DNA from: an uncultured Christensenella sp.
GTDB lineage: Bacteria; Bacillota; Clostridia; Christensenellales; DTU072
Length of the DNA: 58,706 bases
Reading direction: 5' to 3'
Assembly (NCBI GenBank): GCA_905210905.1
Contig: CAJLYQ010000002.1
Coordinates: 1 to 58,706, forward strand
Both the position numbers and the translations under genes were made by a program. The stretch's first letter is position 1; each line of letters begins with the position of its first letter. The notes under the pieces were generated by a model. The model ran no database searches, was not told where the DNA came from, and saw only the letters and a program-made list of their open reading frames with translations. Of this stretch, positions 21,177 to 29,683 are shown one piece after another.

Positions 21177-21243
21177 ATTATATCACATCGTTTCGGTTTA
21201 AGCAAACGATTAACGCGTGCACGCCCTAATTTAGGAATCAAAA

Positions 21244-21265
21244 AAGCGACGTTTTTTCCGTCGCT
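21244..21265 (-). terminator. terminator after the ABC exporter operon
   Basis: agcgacg..cgtcgct stem followed by a T-run on the minus strand. Confidence 0.6.
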
Positions 21266-21282
21266 TTTTCTTCCTTTTCTCG

Positions 21283-23214
21283 TTAGGTCTGAATAAATTG
21301 TGCGCCTGCGCCCTCGGCTTCGCCTTCCCCTGCTTGCTTGCCTTGGAATTGCGACAAGTACAAGTCGCGGTAGAAACCGCCTTTTGCCATAAGCGTTTCG
21401 TGGTTTCCTTGTTCGACAACGTCGCCGTGGTTCATTACAAGTATTACCTCCGCGTGCTTAATAGTTGAAAGTCTGTGAGCGATGACGAAACTCGTCTTTC
21501 CTTTCATCATATCGAGCATTGCGCTTTGTACGTATTTTTCCGTTCTCGTGTCGACCGAACTCGTCGCCTCGTCGAGTATGATGATTTTCGGATCTTTCAA
21601 AATCGCTCTCGCTATCGTAAGCAACTGTTTCTGTCCCTGAGAAATATTCGTAGCGTCGTCGTTGAGTTCGGTATCGTATCCGTGCTCCATACTCTCGATA
21701 AACTCGTGAGCATGCGCCTTCTTTGCCGCTTCGATTACGTCTTCTCTCGTCGCATTCTCTTTGCCGTACGCTATGTTGTCGGCTACAGTTCCCTTAAACA
21801 GCCAGGTGTCTTGCAGAACCATTCCGTACAAACTGCGCAAATCGTCTCTGTGCATTTTCTTAATATCTACGCCGTCAACTGTAATGGTACCTTTGTTCGT
21901 TTCGTAGAAACGCATAAGCAAGTTAACGAGCGTCGTTTTTCCTGCTCCGGTAGGTCCGACGATTGCAATACTGTCGCCTGCGTTTACGTGCAGGTTCATA
22001 TCCTTAATAAGCGGTTTGTCTTCGGTATAACTGAACGCAACGTGCTCGAAGTTTACTTCGCCTACCATTTTGCTTACGTCGGTATGCTCTTTGTCCGGTT
22101 CTTGTTCTTCAAGGTCGAACATCTTGAATACACGCTCCGCACTCGCTATCGAAGACTGAATCGTGCTTGCAATGTTACTGATGTTTTCTACCGGTTGCGC
22201 AAACTGTTTGGTGTATTGTATACAAGCCTGAATGTCGCCTATACTGATTACCCCCAATCCCGCGCGATAACCGCCCAGAATACAGATACTTACGTACGTC
22301 GCGTTATTGACGAGTTTTATAAGCGGTAGAATTATACCTGCAAGGAATTGCGCCTTTCTCGTCGCTTTAAGCAGCATAGCGTTTATCTCTTCGAATTTTT
22401 CTATGCTGTCTTCTTCGTGATTGTAAAGCATAACCACTCGATGTCCGGCATACATCTCTTCGATGTGTCCGTTCAACTGTCCGATGAGTTGTTGCTGCTT
22501 GGCAAATTCTTTTTGGCTCTTCTTGATTACCAGCATACTGACAAGCAGCAGCAACGGTACGCTCGCTATGGTAACGACCGCCATAACCCAGTCAAGCCTT
22601 GCCATCATGAAAATAACGCCGGCAACCGTCGTAACAACGGTGATAACTTGGTTTACCGTATCTTGAAGAGTAACCGATACAAGTTCAACGTCGTTCGTAA
22701 GCCTGGATAGTATTTCACCGGTAGGCGTTCCGTCGAAGTATTTAAGCGGAACTTTGTCCAGTTTGACTTTTATGTCGTAACGCATACGACGAACGACGTG
22801 TTGCGCCATAGAAGCGGCTATCATTCCGCCGGTAAAGGCGAATATTGCGTTAAGACAGTACAGACCGCCGGCGATAAGACAGATTCTCGCCACGTATCCC
22901 ATATCCATAGATCCCGTCTTGAAATACTGAATACTTTCCGCCATATAGTTGGTGACCTTTTTCAGTATATCGGGAACCCAAACGGCGAACCACGCACCGA
23001 CTGCGCTGATAACCATCATCAGTATAAGCGCGATAAGTTCGGGACGCATATACTTAATAAGTCTTACGACGGTTTTGCCGAAGTTTTCCGCGCCTTTGAC
23101 CTTTTCGACGTTAATCGAACTCGCGCCGAACGCACCCGACATATCCATCTTGCCGACGGCGGAAACTTTAGGTTGCTCTACCTTAAATAACTCTTGGTTT
23201 TGGTCTTCGTTCAT
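21283..23214 (-). CDS. ABC exporter, fused permease/ATPase (heterodimer half)
   Basis: 643 aa with a six-TM N-terminal half, Walker A GPTGAGKTT, signature SQGQKQ and Walker B IILDEATS. Confidence 0.9.
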   Translation of the reverse strand: MNEDQNQELFKVEQPKVSAVGKMDMSGAFGASSINVEKVKGAENFGKTVVRLIKYMRPELIALILMMVISAVGAWFAVWVPDILKKVTNYMAESIQYFKTGSMDMGYVARICLIAGGLYCLNAIFAFTGGMIAASMAQHVVRRMRYDIKVKLDKVPLKYFDGTPTGEILSRLTNDVELVSVTLQDTVNQVITVVTTVAGVIFMMARLDWVMAVVTIASVPLLLLVSMLVIKKSQKEFAKQQQLIGQLNGHIEEMYAGHRVVMLYNHEEDSIEKFEEINAMLLKATRKAQFLAGIILPLIKLVNNATYVSICILGGYRAGLGVISIGDIQACIQYTKQFAQPVENISNIASTIQSSIASAERVFKMFDLEEQEPDKEHTDVSKMVGEVNFEHVAFSYTEDKPLIKDMNLHVNAGDSIAIVGPTGAGKTTLVNLLMRFYETNKGTITVDGVDIKKMHRDDLRSLYGMVLQDTWLFKGTVADNIAYGKENATREDVIEAAKKAHAHEFIESMEHGYDTELNDDATNISQGQKQLLTIARAILKDPKIIILDEATSSVDTRTEKYVQSAMLDMMKGKTSFVIAHRLSTIKHAEVILVMNHGDVVEQGNHETLMAKGGFYRDLYLSQFQGKQAGEGEAEGAGAQFIQT

Positions 23215-26003
23215 AGTCCTAATTCCTCCGGGCTCATTTGGCTAAGCGCGATATCGCGATAAACCTGACAGTTTCTGACAAGGTCGGCGTGTTTGCCTTT
23301 CCCTACCATCTTACCGTCGTCCATTACGATGATTTCGTCGGCGTCCATTATAGTACCGATACGCTGCGCAACGATAATAACGATACTTTCGCTCGTCACT
23401 TCTTTAAGCGCGGTACGCAATCTCTTATCCGTCTTGAAGTCGAGCGCGCTGAAACTGTCGTCGAATATATATATTTCGGGGCGACGTGTAACCGCTCTCG
23501 CTATGGACAATCTTTGTTTTTGTCCGCCGGAGAAGTTTTGTCCGCCTTGTTCTACGGTATATTCGAGTTGTCCTTCTTTTTCTTTAACGAAGGTGTCGCT
23601 CTGCGCTATCTTCAACGCCGACCACATTTCTTCTTCGGTCGCGTCTTCCTTTCCGTAACGAAGGTTGTCCGCAATCGTTCCGCTGAACAATATGCTTCTC
23701 TGCGGTACGAAACCTATTTTCTTTCTGAGTTCCGCTTGCGGGTACGTCTTTACTTCCTGTCCGTCGACAAGCAAACTTCCTTCCGTTATATCGTAGAAAC
23801 GCGGTATAAGATTGATTATAGAACTCTTCCCGCTCCCCGTTCCGCCGACGATTGCGGTCGTTTTTCCCTTTTCGCATTTGAAACTGATATGGTCGAGTAC
23901 GTTCTTTTCTGCGTCAGCGGCATATTTGAAACATACGTCCTTGAACTCTATCGTTCCCGTAGTATCGTTTTCGACTTTGCAACCTTCTTCGTCTTTTACC
24001 GTAACTTCTTGATCGAGAACTTGAAGAATACGTTCCGCACTCGCAGTCGCTCTCGGGTAAATAACGACGGCACTCGCAATAAATACCATTGCCATTGCAA
24101 TTTGCGTTATGTACTGAGATACTTCGAGCATCGTCGCAACGTCGTTTATTTTCTCGCTCTTGAACTCCAACCAGTGATGAGCAAGGAAGTTGGCGTCGCC
24201 GTTTACCATCATAGCCGCACGCCAGTAGATACCGACCGCGCAGCAGTTCAAACATATATTGATAAGCGGAACGAGTACCGCGCACCAGTATTGCAACGTG
24301 GTCGCCGCTTTACTTGTTTCCTTATTAACAACGTTAAACCTTGCGTTTTCTTGGTCTTGTTTGTTAAACGCGCGTACAACCCTTATTCCCGTTATTCCTT
24401 CACGCATTATAAGCGTAAGTTGATCGACTTTTTTCTGTATAATTTTGAAATACGGCTGAACGATTATTGCCGCAACGATTGCAGACGCAATCAAAATAGG
24501 CAAAACGTATACCAAAACCATAGTAAGGTTTTTGCTCGCCTTAAACGCAAATACAAAACCGCCGATAATGGTTACGGGCGTACTGAGCGTCGTTCTGAGT
24601 ATTACTAAAAATACGTTTTGAATTTGGTTAATATCGTTTGTCGAACGAGTAACAAGGCTCGCCGTACTGAACTTATCGAACTCTGCAAGAGAATAACCTT
24701 CGACCTTGCGGAATACCTTGCTACGCAATACTTTACTGAAATAAGCCGCTATCTTACTGCTCATCATCATTGCAAGTATCGTGCAGCCGGACGAACAGAA
24801 AGTAATAAGGAACATCAACAAACCTTTCTTCAAAATGAAGTTCAGATTGCTCGTCTGAATGGTAATCCCGTCCGGAGATTTCCATTCGTCTTCCGTTTTT
24901 TCGACTTTTTCGCTCAAATCCGCCGTCGTACTTCCCGTCTTGCTGAGAGAAATTATTTCGACAAACTCGTTCCAACGCGCCTTGATCTTTGCGCCCAAAC
25001 TGCTGTCTTCCGTCTTTTCGGTATAACTGTTTACCGCGTCGGTTATTTCTTTGTCGGTAATTCCAAGTTTGTTTTTAATCCATTTTTTTTGATTTACGTA
25101 GCGATACGCATATCCGCCTATATCGTGGCAAAGAATAATTTCGTAATCCAAGAAAGGTTCTACTCTCTCGGTATCTTCGTTATAAATATACGTGAGTTTG
25201 GATTTATCGATCGCTTCGCCGTAAGAATCGACTTCGAGCGTAACGAGTTGCCCGAATTCGTCGACGACCTTATTGCCGTCTTTATCGCAAAGCACCGGTA
25301 TAGGTAAGATATTGCCGTAACGGCTGTGTTTCATATTGAGAACGCACGCTGCAAGAAGTTTTTTTGCGTTTTCGTCCCCCCAAACGCCTTCGTCATCGAC
25401 TTTTTTTTCGTCTTCTTCATCGACTTTTTTTTCGTCTTCTTCTTTGAACATATCCAAAAACGTATTTACGTTTATCGATTCTCCATCGGCTGCTCTGAGA
25501 CTTTGATAGTCGATTAAAATCGAAAATGCGTTTTCGACTTCAACGAGTTCGGACGGGGTGTATTCGCTGATATCGACGTGCCCGGTTTCCTTAAACGATA
25601 CGCGTTCGAGAGCGTTCATAAACGGAATGAGAACTTCGTTAAAAAGCGTTTCGCTGTCGCTTACGGGTATATCTTTGAAGTTAAACTTCAAACTGCTCCC
25701 CGATAAATCGTCGTTCCACGCGGTTTTTATATCGACAGTCGAAAATCCGTCTTTCATCTCAAATACCGGTATGTACCCTTCGTGATAGACTAAACTCTCG
25801 AAGTCTATATCGATATCGCCGAACGGGTTTTCCATCTCTTTATGAACGTATGCTTTTTCATAATCGAGATAAATTCCGTCGTTAATTATATCCGCCATTA
25901 AACCCGGCAAATACAATTCGGCCATTGCCCCCGACGCAAGAAGTACCACCACTACGATGAATATCTTCAACATCGGCTTCAAATTTTTTAGCAGTCTTGT
26001 CAT
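23211..26003 (-). CDS. ABC exporter, fused permease/ATPase with a large extracytoplasmic insert
   Basis: 930 aa with GGTGSGKSS, FSGGQKQRL and IFDDSFS. About 350 aa lie between the first TM and the next TM. There is a 4-nt overlap with the partner gene. Confidence 0.9.
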   Translation of the reverse strand: MTRLLKNLKPMLKIFIVVVVLLASGAMAELYLPGLMADIINDGIYLDYEKAYVHKEMENPFGDIDIDFESLVYHEGYIPVFEMKDGFSTVDIKTAWNDDLSGSSLKFNFKDIPVSDSETLFNEVLIPFMNALERVSFKETGHVDISEYTPSELVEVENAFSILIDYQSLRAADGESINVNTFLDMFKEEDEKKVDEEDEKKVDDEGVWGDENAKKLLAACVLNMKHSRYGNILPIPVLCDKDGNKVVDEFGQLVTLEVDSYGEAIDKSKLTYIYNEDTERVEPFLDYEIILCHDIGGYAYRYVNQKKWIKNKLGITDKEITDAVNSYTEKTEDSSLGAKIKARWNEFVEIISLSKTGSTTADLSEKVEKTEDEWKSPDGITIQTSNLNFILKKGLLMFLITFCSSGCTILAMMMSSKIAAYFSKVLRSKVFRKVEGYSLAEFDKFSTASLVTRSTNDINQIQNVFLVILRTTLSTPVTIIGGFVFAFKASKNLTMVLVYVLPILIASAIVAAIIVQPYFKIIQKKVDQLTLIMREGITGIRVVRAFNKQDQENARFNVVNKETSKAATTLQYWCAVLVPLINICLNCCAVGIYWRAAMMVNGDANFLAHHWLEFKSEKINDVATMLEVSQYITQIAMAMVFIASAVVIYPRATASAERILQVLDQEVTVKDEEGCKVENDTTGTIEFKDVCFKYAADAEKNVLDHISFKCEKGKTTAIVGGTGSGKSSIINLIPRFYDITEGSLLVDGQEVKTYPQAELRKKIGFVPQRSILFSGTIADNLRYGKEDATEEEMWSALKIAQSDTFVKEKEGQLEYTVEQGGQNFSGGQKQRLSIARAVTRRPEIYIFDDSFSALDFKTDKRLRTALKEVTSESIVIIVAQRIGTIMDADEIIVMDDGKMVGKGKHADLVRNCQVYRDIALSQMSPEELGL

Positions 26004-26057
26004 CTCGTTACCCTTTTAACCGACTTTTTTATCAATACCGTTCATAAAAACGGATTT

Positions 26058-26630
26058 TTACTGTTTTACTACAATTGCAAGGAACTTGCACCCGTTTTCG
26101 GTGGTTGCTACCATTCCGTGCGGTTCGGACGAATCAAGCATAATGCTGTCGCCTTCGTTCAAATAAATTATACGACCGTTTACCGTGTATTTTAGCCCGC
26201 CTTCGAGTACGTAGTCGAACTCCTGCCCTTCGTGCGTGTTCGTTACGATGGGTTTGTCGAGAGCGTCCTTATTATAAGGAACGACAACGTATAACGGGTC
26301 TATCTTGTGATTGTAAAATCTGCTCGCAAGATGTAAATACTTGAAGTTTTCCCTTCTGTCTACGGGAAGTCCGTTACCTTTTCTTTCTACGGCATAAGAA
26401 TGCAGACACGAAAGATTGCTTCCGGTAAGAAGTTCGGCAATGTCAACTCCAAAAATACCTGCGCAACGATTGAGAAAACTAAAAGTGAAATCCACTTCTC
26501 CGTTTTCCAGCGCGTTATAATCTTTTTCGGATAATCCGCAAAGTTCGCACATCGTCTGAACGGATATTTCCAAATCTTCCCTTATGCACTTTATTCTTTG
26601 CGCTATAACTTTAACGTCCATCAAATTCAC
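26058..26630 (-). CDS. XRE-family HTH + cupin transcriptional regulator
   Basis: 190 aa with an N-terminal HTH_3-like segment and a C-terminal cupin (EGQEFDYVLEG..GDSIMLDSSEPHG). It lies directly upstream of the ABC pair. Confidence 0.8.
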   Translation of the reverse strand: MNLMDVKVIAQRIKCIREDLEISVQTMCELCGLSEKDYNALENGEVDFTFSFLNRCAGIFGVDIAELLTGSNLSCLHSYAVERKGNGLPVDRRENFKYLHLASRFYNHKIDPLYVVVPYNKDALDKPIVTNTHEGQEFDYVLEGGLKYTVNGRIIYLNEGDSIMLDSSEPHGMVATTENGCKFLAIVVKQ

Positions 26631-26834
26631 CTTAAAAAGAGCATACTTACACTCTTAATTTACATTGTATTTATTATAATACATATCAATAAAAAATGCA
26701 ACCCCCGAATTATCCGTTATTTCCCCCTTTTCACAAGACGAAAAACTGCGTTTTCCGATAAAGTATCCGTTTCGTCGTTCGGAATCGTCTTTTTGCTCGA
26801 ACCGCCAAAACGCAGAAAAGTTTTACTTACAAAG

Positions 26835-26860
26835 AAAAAAGCGACCGAAGTCGCTTTTTA
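26835..26860 (-). terminator. terminator after the lipoprotein gene
   Basis: gcgac-cgaa-gtcgc hairpin flanked by A/T runs. Confidence 0.6.
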
Positions 26861-26882
26861 TCTTTAATCGTTTTACGAAGTT

Positions 26883-29450
26883 TTATCTTTTTGCTTCTTT
26901 TTTTACTTCGTATCCGGCGTAAAGCGTCAGATTTACGTCGATATTGTCGTTTTCGCTGAACTCGTAAAGACAGTCTTTGTCAAGATACCAGCCTTTGAAC
27001 GTGTAGGTGTAAGTATAAGTAATCTTGCTGCCGCTGTATTCTTCGATCTGTTCTTTACTGTCACATTTAGCGTTCTGTCCTTCCGTTTTGTTAGCCGCCC
27101 ACCATTTAGCGTCGGTATCGGACGCTTTTTCGATTTCCGACAAGAATGTAGAACCGCTTCCGATAGTGATCGCTTTCTTTTCGCTGTATAACATATCCTG
27201 AGATACGAGCGACTTGTTTTGTCTGAGCGATTTAATGTCGCCGGTATATCCGGTCGTCCAGGTTCTCGATTTGTTTTCGTTGGTCAAGTAACCTTTGTTT
27301 GCGGTCTGGAAGGATACTTCCGCTTGTCCCGCAATATGATACAGAACCGCTTCGTAGTTGCTTACGAAATAAGAAATCGCGTGGTCGGTAGCGTAGTCTT
27401 TTCTTGCCGCCGTGCCGTCTTTGTTGTTGTTGTGACTGTAAGGACATTTCGTTACGTCCGCTTCGGAAACTTTCTGATCGCAGCAACTCCATTTTCTTGC
27501 GATAACGAGGTCTTCGAGTCGTTCGCATTTTTCCTGCCATTTCTGGTTGGTTGCAAAACTCATACTTTCGTAATCGTAGGTGATTGCCGTGTTAATTTCA
27601 TTGAGCATCGTGCTCCATTCTTGCGAACCTACTTTTTGCGCAAGGTTGTCTACGCCCGCCGCTTTCCATTGATCGTAGGTTTGACCGTACAAAACGGTAA
27701 TCTTGCCTTTCGCGTACGCTTTTTCTTCGGTCTTGCCGGTGTATTCTCCGGTATCGGTGTAGTAACTACCGAGTTCCATATCTTTGTTGACGTAAACGTA
27801 ACTCTTAACTCTGTCGGACATTTTTCTTACCATATTTGCGCTGTAAGCGTAAACGTTGTAATAAAGCGCGCCGCTGAGTTCGCTCTTGTCCATTTTTTCG
27901 AGAAGATATTTTACGAGATAAAGTTGTTGCATTTCAAATCCGAACTTACCTTCGTATTCTTCTTCGCTGCTTCCGCCGTTCTTTTGTTTGGAGTTTTCGT
28001 ACTTCGTGTTGGCTTCGTTGTACTCCTTCATTCTGGATTCGCTTCCGCCGTAGCACCACGTCCAGTCGCTGAGCGCGAGTTGTCCTTTAAGTCCGTCTAT
28101 CGTTCCGTTTACCTGAATGGCTTTTCTCATATCTCCGGTATAAGTGGAAGACGCAGACGTCATCTTCATATCGGAAATATTGCTCTTAATTTCGTACACG
28201 CTTGCGTCGAACGTTTCGATTTCTTCCTGGAATCCGAAGTGATAGATGTAGAAGTCACGATAGAACGTATCGCTGTATCTGTATGCTTTTTCGTAGTTAT
28301 TACGTTGCATAGAAACGTATTCCGCCCACTCCGCGTTGGTGAAAACGCTTTGCTTTTCATATTTAAGTTGTTTAGCGTAGTCGTCTTCGTTTTTCAGAGA
28401 TACGTTGTAGTATTTCTGGTTGTAGTCGTAATAATATCCGTAAAGGCTTACGCAGTTTTGAAGTCCTTCGCTTTTTTGGTATCTGTACGAGTTAAAGGAA
28501 AGTAAGTAAGAGAGCGTCTCATAATCTCCGAGTCCTTTCATCGGATCTTCGCTTCCGGTAGGTTTGTACATACAGTACGACGCAAAAGAGTTATACGAAA
28601 CTTTTCCCGAAGAAGTGGTGATCGCTTCGTTCGCTTTGCCGCCGGATTTTTCTTCGACGAGTTTGATAGCGTACTGGAGCATATGGGTTGCGGTTCTTGC
28701 CGCGGCGTCGCCGCTCAAACCGACTTGTTCGTAAACCTTTGCAAGGATACTTCTGTACTGCCACGCCGCATTGTCTTCCGCAAGGTGCTTTTGATCTTTA
28801 TTCTTGTTGTCGGAAGTAAAGTTGCTGCTGTCGTTGACGTAGTTTTTAAGTCTGTCGTACATATCCCAGTCGTCAAGGAAAGACCAACCGGCATTGAAAT
28901 AACCGTTCGTGCCTTTTTGCTCTCTCCAGGTAGACGAATGATCGGAGAAAATACCGTCCCAACGCGTATCGTTGTCTTTAAGATACTTATCGATGTCGGG
29001 GTTTTCTTCCGAACCGTACAGATATTCTACGACTTTGTTCATTTCGTCGTAGGTAAGCGCGGCGTCCGCCATCGCCTGCAACAATCCGTCCGGGGTAGAC
29101 AAAGTAAAGATTTTTACGAAAGACGAAGTGGATTTTCTTTCCTTAACGTCGTCTTTTTTGGTATCTATACGTTTTTTCAATTTGCTTACCTGTTGAGTTG
29201 CGTCCTGTCCGGCATACTTGCCTTCGGAAAAAGAAACCGCGCTTTTTGCGTACTGGGTCGCGCTCTTGCCGTAGTTGGTAAGGTTTGCGAGTTTCTTTAT
29301 GTCGCTCGGTTTCAGGTCTTCTTTGTTTCCGTTACCCGTGTTTCCGCCGTTGGGCTTAGGGTCAACTTTAGAGGTACAAGCAAACACCGTACAGACCATA
29401 ATAGCGAGAAGAAGAACGAACAATACTCTCTTCAAAACTTTCATAATCAA
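26883..29450 (-). CDS. large lipoprotein of unknown function with a C-terminal Listeria-Bacteroides-type repeat
   Basis: 855 aa. The lipobox-like signal is LLLAIMVCTVFAC. The C-terminus YTYTFKGWYLDKD..LTLYAGY resembles a Flg_new repeat. Confidence 0.7.
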   Translation of the reverse strand: MIMKVLKRVLFVLLLAIMVCTVFACTSKVDPKPNGGNTGNGNKEDLKPSDIKKLANLTNYGKSATQYAKSAVSFSEGKYAGQDATQQVSKLKKRIDTKKDDVKERKSTSSFVKIFTLSTPDGLLQAMADAALTYDEMNKVVEYLYGSEENPDIDKYLKDNDTRWDGIFSDHSSTWREQKGTNGYFNAGWSFLDDWDMYDRLKNYVNDSSNFTSDNKNKDQKHLAEDNAAWQYRSILAKVYEQVGLSGDAAARTATHMLQYAIKLVEEKSGGKANEAITTSSGKVSYNSFASYCMYKPTGSEDPMKGLGDYETLSYLLSFNSYRYQKSEGLQNCVSLYGYYYDYNQKYYNVSLKNEDDYAKQLKYEKQSVFTNAEWAEYVSMQRNNYEKAYRYSDTFYRDFYIYHFGFQEEIETFDASVYEIKSNISDMKMTSASSTYTGDMRKAIQVNGTIDGLKGQLALSDWTWCYGGSESRMKEYNEANTKYENSKQKNGGSSEEEYEGKFGFEMQQLYLVKYLLEKMDKSELSGALYYNVYAYSANMVRKMSDRVKSYVYVNKDMELGSYYTDTGEYTGKTEEKAYAKGKITVLYGQTYDQWKAAGVDNLAQKVGSQEWSTMLNEINTAITYDYESMSFATNQKWQEKCERLEDLVIARKWSCCDQKVSEADVTKCPYSHNNNKDGTAARKDYATDHAISYFVSNYEAVLYHIAGQAEVSFQTANKGYLTNENKSRTWTTGYTGDIKSLRQNKSLVSQDMLYSEKKAITIGSGSTFLSEIEKASDTDAKWWAANKTEGQNAKCDSKEQIEEYSGSKITYTYTYTFKGWYLDKDCLYEFSENDNIDVNLTLYAGYEVKKEAKR

Positions 29451-29638
29451 GTCTCCTTCAATGATTTGTAATTTACGTACGCACGCGCGTACATTTTAAT
29501 CCATAGTTTATTCTACCCTACAACTTTCGTTATGTCAATAGGCTTTTTGTTTTTACGGGTGATTTAAGAGCGTTTACGCTCCGTACGTAGCGTAAAAAAT
29601 CTCGCAAGTTCGTTCTCGAAACGGTTACGCAAAAAATA

Positions 29639-29661
29639 AAGCGGCGAATTTTTCGCCGCTT
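29639..29661 (-). terminator. terminator after hydA
   Basis: gcggcgaa..ttcgccgc stem followed by a T-run on the minus strand. Confidence 0.65.
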
Positions 29662-29683
29662 CGTTTTCTCGTTCGTTATCGGA

